Below are positions 61,183 through 64,000 of a DNA stretch of 64,000 nucleotides, one piece after another. Made by a program: the position numbers and the translations under genes. Position 1 is the stretch's first letter, and the number at the start of each line of letters is the position of its first letter. Source of the stretch: Sumerlaeia bacterium (GTDB lineage Bacteria; Sumerlaeota; Sumerlaeia; SLMS01; JAHLLQ01); the NCBI GenBank assembly GCA_040219255.1, contig JAVJSW010000001.1, forward strand, positions 64,001 through 128,000, in the 5' to 3' direction. The notes under the pieces are model-generated. The model made no database searches, was not told the DNA's origin, and saw nothing but the letters and a program-made list of their open reading frames with translations.

Positions 61183-61901
61183 TTCTTCAGCAGCACCTGG
61201 AAGTTCGCCCCCGCGAAGCCATCCACGCCCACCACCCCCGCCGCCCGCAGCAGTCCCAGCCACGGCCCCCGCGCCCAGCGCAGTTTCGGGTGCGCCATCC
61301 ACATCCAGGAGGCCCGCAGCAAATGCCACGCTTGAAAGCGCAAACCCGTGTTCTCCTCCGCCAGGGCGCGAAAGCTGTCGAAGGAGAAGCGCTGAATGTG
61401 CGGGCCGCGTTGGCTGCCGGCGACTTTCGTGGCGAGGCGGAAGAGGCGGTCTTCCAACGAGTACCCGTTCGGGATCGCCACGTAGCACCAGCCGCCGGGC
61501 TTCAGCACCCGCTCCGCCTCGCGCAGAAACGCCTCGGGTTTCTCCACGTGCTCCAGGATAAAGCCCAGCACCACGGCGTCCACGCTCGCGTCCTCGATGG
61601 GAAAGGCGTCCAGCTTGCCCAGCCGAAACTCGTCGCGGCCGGCCTTGAGGCCGTCGCGGTTGTCGGGCTCGAACATGTCGAAGGCGATGAAGCGGGGCGC
61701 GAAATCCTCGTACACGAACGGCCCCGTGCCACAGCCCACGTCCACCACGGTCTGCCCTTCGGTCAGGTTCGCATAGAGCAACTCCTTGAGGTTCGGGTGA
61801 TCGACGGCGCCTTCCGGCGGCCAAGGCAGGGAGCGGTCGAGCGGCGGGCGCCAGGCCGGGTCGCGGGGATCGTTCTGGGGGGAAGGCTTGCGCTGGCTCA
61901 T
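61176..61901 (-). CDS. Class I SAM-dependent methyltransferase
   Basis: VVDVGCGTG, FPIEDASVDAV, LEHV, RVLKPGG. Confidence 0.9.
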   Translation of the reverse strand: MSQRKPSPQNDPRDPAWRPPLDRSLPWPPEGAVDHPNLKELLYANLTEGQTVVDVGCGTGPFVYEDFAPRFIAFDMFEPDNRDGLKAGRDEFRLGKLDAFPIEDASVDAVVLGFILEHVEKPEAFLREAERVLKPGGWCYVAIPNGYSLEDRLFRLATKVAGSQRGPHIQRFSFDSFRALAEENTGLRFQAWHLLRASWMWMAHPKLRWARGPWLGLLRAAGVVGVDGFAGANFQVLLKKN

Positions 61902-61944
61902 GCGAGTGGTTTTGACTTGGCTTGTCCCTGGAGCAAGCCCCTTC

Positions 61945-62751
61945 ATGTTTTTCCGCCCAGCCAACACCGTGAAAATCAAGCGTGGAACCCTGCGCGGCTT
62001 CGCCCGCCCGGGGTACGAGGAGTTGTTGCCGGAGTCCATTTCCTGGGCCGACGTGCAGGCCAAGCGGCCCGTCGATCCGGACGTGCAGGTCGCGAAGCGG
62101 TCGCGGTCACGGCTCGTGGTGGCGGTGCCCTTTCGCGGCGAAACGCTCTACATCAAACGCGCTCTGGCCCGCACCTTCGAGCGCAAAGTTTCCGCCGTGC
62201 TGCTGGGACCGAAAACGTATCGCGAATGGCGCATGGCCGAGCGTTTTCGCGCCACCGGCGTCATCGTCCCCGAGCCCCTGTTCTACGCCCGGCGCGGGCA
62301 GTGGCTGTCGTGGCTGGCGACGCGCGGTTATCCGGAAAGCTGGCTGCCAATGGCGGACCTGTTCGAGGCCCGAGGATTGTCCGACAACGACTTACAGGAC
62401 CTCGGCGCTCTGACGCGGGAGCTGCACGGCCGCCAGGTCTTCCATGGCGACTGGCGCACCGACCACATTTATCGCACAGGAGCGGACGAGGACGCGCCGC
62501 TACTGGAGAAGTACGCCCTGCTGGACCTCGACGGCGCCCGCTGTGGCCGGCCGGTGACGGAGAAGATGCGCGATGCGGCACTGCGCCAGCTCCTTCAATC
62601 GCTGATGCGAGCGGGCTTGACCGAGCCCATGGCGGAGTTGCTGATCCGGGCTTACGATGCCGAGCTGGACGCTTCTCCGCTCTTCGCGGAGGCCCAGGCG
62701 GCCTACGTCGCGACCCAGCCCGGGGCCTCGGCGGAGGACGAGGAGGACTGA
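61945..62751 (+). CDS. Lipopolysaccharide kinase (Kdo/WaaP family)
   Basis: LYIKR, REWR....F...GV.VPEPL, LH...VFHGD....HI, LLDLD. Confidence 0.82.
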   Translation: MFFRPANTVKIKRGTLRGFARPGYEELLPESISWADVQAKRPVDPDVQVAKRSRSRLVVAVPFRGETLYIKRALARTFERKVSAVLLGPKTYREWRMAERFRATGVIVPEPLFYARRGQWLSWLATRGYPESWLPMADLFEARGLSDNDLQDLGALTRELHGRQVFHGDWRTDHIYRTGADEDAPLLEKYALLDLDGARCGRPVTEKMRDAALRQLLQSLMRAGLTEPMAELLIRAYDAELDASPLFAEAQAAYVATQPGASAEDEED

Positions 62752-62765
62752 GCGAAGAGGCTCGC

Positions 62766-63620
62766 CTAGAGCAGCCCCGACAGAAAGGCCACGGAGTGCT
62801 TGAGGCCGCGCTCGCGGCCCGCGTCGTCGGTGAATTCCGGGTCCCGCTCGGCCTCGATGGTCAGGGGGCCGCCGTAGTTCTGGGCCTTCAATTCCGCCAC
62901 AATGGTGGCGAAATCGGTCTGGCCAAAGCCCGGGAAGCGATCGCGCGACGCCCGCAGATCGAAGCGGCCATGGCGGTAAAGCTCCTCGGCAACGACCTCG
63001 TGGTCCTTGGCGTGGACGTGCAGAATGCGGCCGCGGAAGTGCTGGAGAAAACGCACCGGATCGATCATCTGCTTCATCAGGTGGCTCGGGTCGTATTCGA
63101 TGCCGAGGGCGGGGGAATCGACGGCTTGGAACATGGCGTCGAGGATCGCCGGGGTGCAGCTCATGTTGATGCCACGCGGGGGAAAGCCGCGCAGCATGGT
63201 GCAGTTCTCGAAGGCAAGGCGAACGCCCCGGTCCTCGGCGGTCTTGGCCAGCGGCGCCCACACGCGCTCGAATTCCGGCAGATTGTCCTCCAGCGTCTTG
63301 TCCGGGTCGCGGCCGGCGAAGACGCCAATCAGATCGGTCTCGAAGACCTCAGCCGCCTGCATCGTATTGTGGAGCCGGATCAGGTCGTCCTCCCGTTCGG
63401 CGGGGTTGGGCGCCAGCATGTTGCGGTAGAAGCCGAGGGCGCCGACGGTGAGGCCGTGGTCCTTCAACTGCCGGGCCGCGACCTTGACGTCCGCCAGCGT
63501 GCGGTCGCCCATATCGAGGGGAAACCCGGGGCCGACACGAAGCTGGACGGTGCCGAGTCCGAGGCGCTGGACAAGCTCGATGGCCGGCAGGGCGTGGGGG
63601 ATTTGCAGAGCGATTTTCAT
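62766..63620 (-). CDS. Sugar phosphate isomerase/epimerase (xylose-isomerase-like TIM barrel)
   Basis: LAFENC, IEYDPSH, HVHAKD, PG.GQ.DF, LTIE.E. Confidence 0.88.
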   Translation of the reverse strand: MKIALQIPHALPAIELVQRLGLGTVQLRVGPGFPLDMGDRTLADVKVAARQLKDHGLTVGALGFYRNMLAPNPAEREDDLIRLHNTMQAAEVFETDLIGVFAGRDPDKTLEDNLPEFERVWAPLAKTAEDRGVRLAFENCTMLRGFPPRGINMSCTPAILDAMFQAVDSPALGIEYDPSHLMKQMIDPVRFLQHFRGRILHVHAKDHEVVAEELYRHGRFDLRASRDRFPGFGQTDFATIVAELKAQNYGGPLTIEAERDPEFTDDAGRERGLKHSVAFLSGLL

Positions 63621-63716
63621 GGAGGCGGAACCCGGAACAGACGCGCGAACCGGACGCGAGGGGCGGGCGGTGGCGAGGGAGATGGGCGTCGAGAATCGCC
63701 GCCGGGCCGCAGGGGG

Positions 63717-64000
63717 TCAAGGCGCGTCGGGGACGTCCGCGGGCGAGGCAGCCGGTCCCGCAGGCGCGGGCTGGAGACCGCCCGGAGGGGCCTCGTTCGG
63801 GGCACCGGCTTGGCCATCCTCCGCGGCCTCGGCGGGGGCGGGGGTTCGCCGGGCCTCAATGCGGAGCGCGGCCACCATGCGGGCGGGCATGAGGACGTCG
63901 TCGATCGCGTAAACGATGCCGTTGCGGGTCAGTACCGGCTGGCCCTGGATGCGGCTTTTCGAGCCGAGGACGATTTCGCCCCGGTCCTTGCGCACCTGGA
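63717..64000 (-). CDS. Fasciclin (FAS1) domain protein, C-terminal part only
   Basis: TRNGIVYAIDDVLMP is the FAS1 H2 motif; the ORF continues past the right edge. Confidence 0.75.
   Translation of the reverse strand, partial: QVRKDRGEIVLGSKSRIQGQPVLTRNGIVYAIDDVLMPARMVAALRIEARRTPAPAEAAEDGQAGAPNEAPPGGLQPAPAGPAASPADVPDAP

Overview
GC-rich chromosomal core region with no CRISPR array, prophage or transposase. The style of the two pilin-like proteins (FTLIEL..VAII.I.AAIAVPN..EA.TR.KV) suggests Candidatus Sumerlaeota/BRC1; this is an inference. It holds central-metabolism genes (ilvB, pdhABC, sucAB, trpF, rpe, fba, eno), peptidases, tRNA-Val and tRNA-Asp. It also holds an NfeD-like/flotillin/giant putative ATPase operon whose largest gene runs off the left edge and is missing from the ORF track, dispersed type II/IV secretion parts, and carbohydrate enzymes. 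The most interesting item is a tandem pair of phycobiliprotein-like (globin-fold) genes at 45842-46933 in a window with no photosynthesis genes: one keeps the bilin-site Asp, the other keeps the canonical Cys inside a Cys cluster. Other notable items are an unannotated Val/Leu/Ile-rich leader-peptide attenuator upstream of ilvB, a PilB/GspE pseudo-ATPase, a pseudo-receiver/degenerate PP2C partner-switching module, a frameshifted gene, and several families of intergenic repeats. All family assignments come from motif recognition by eye, not database searches.
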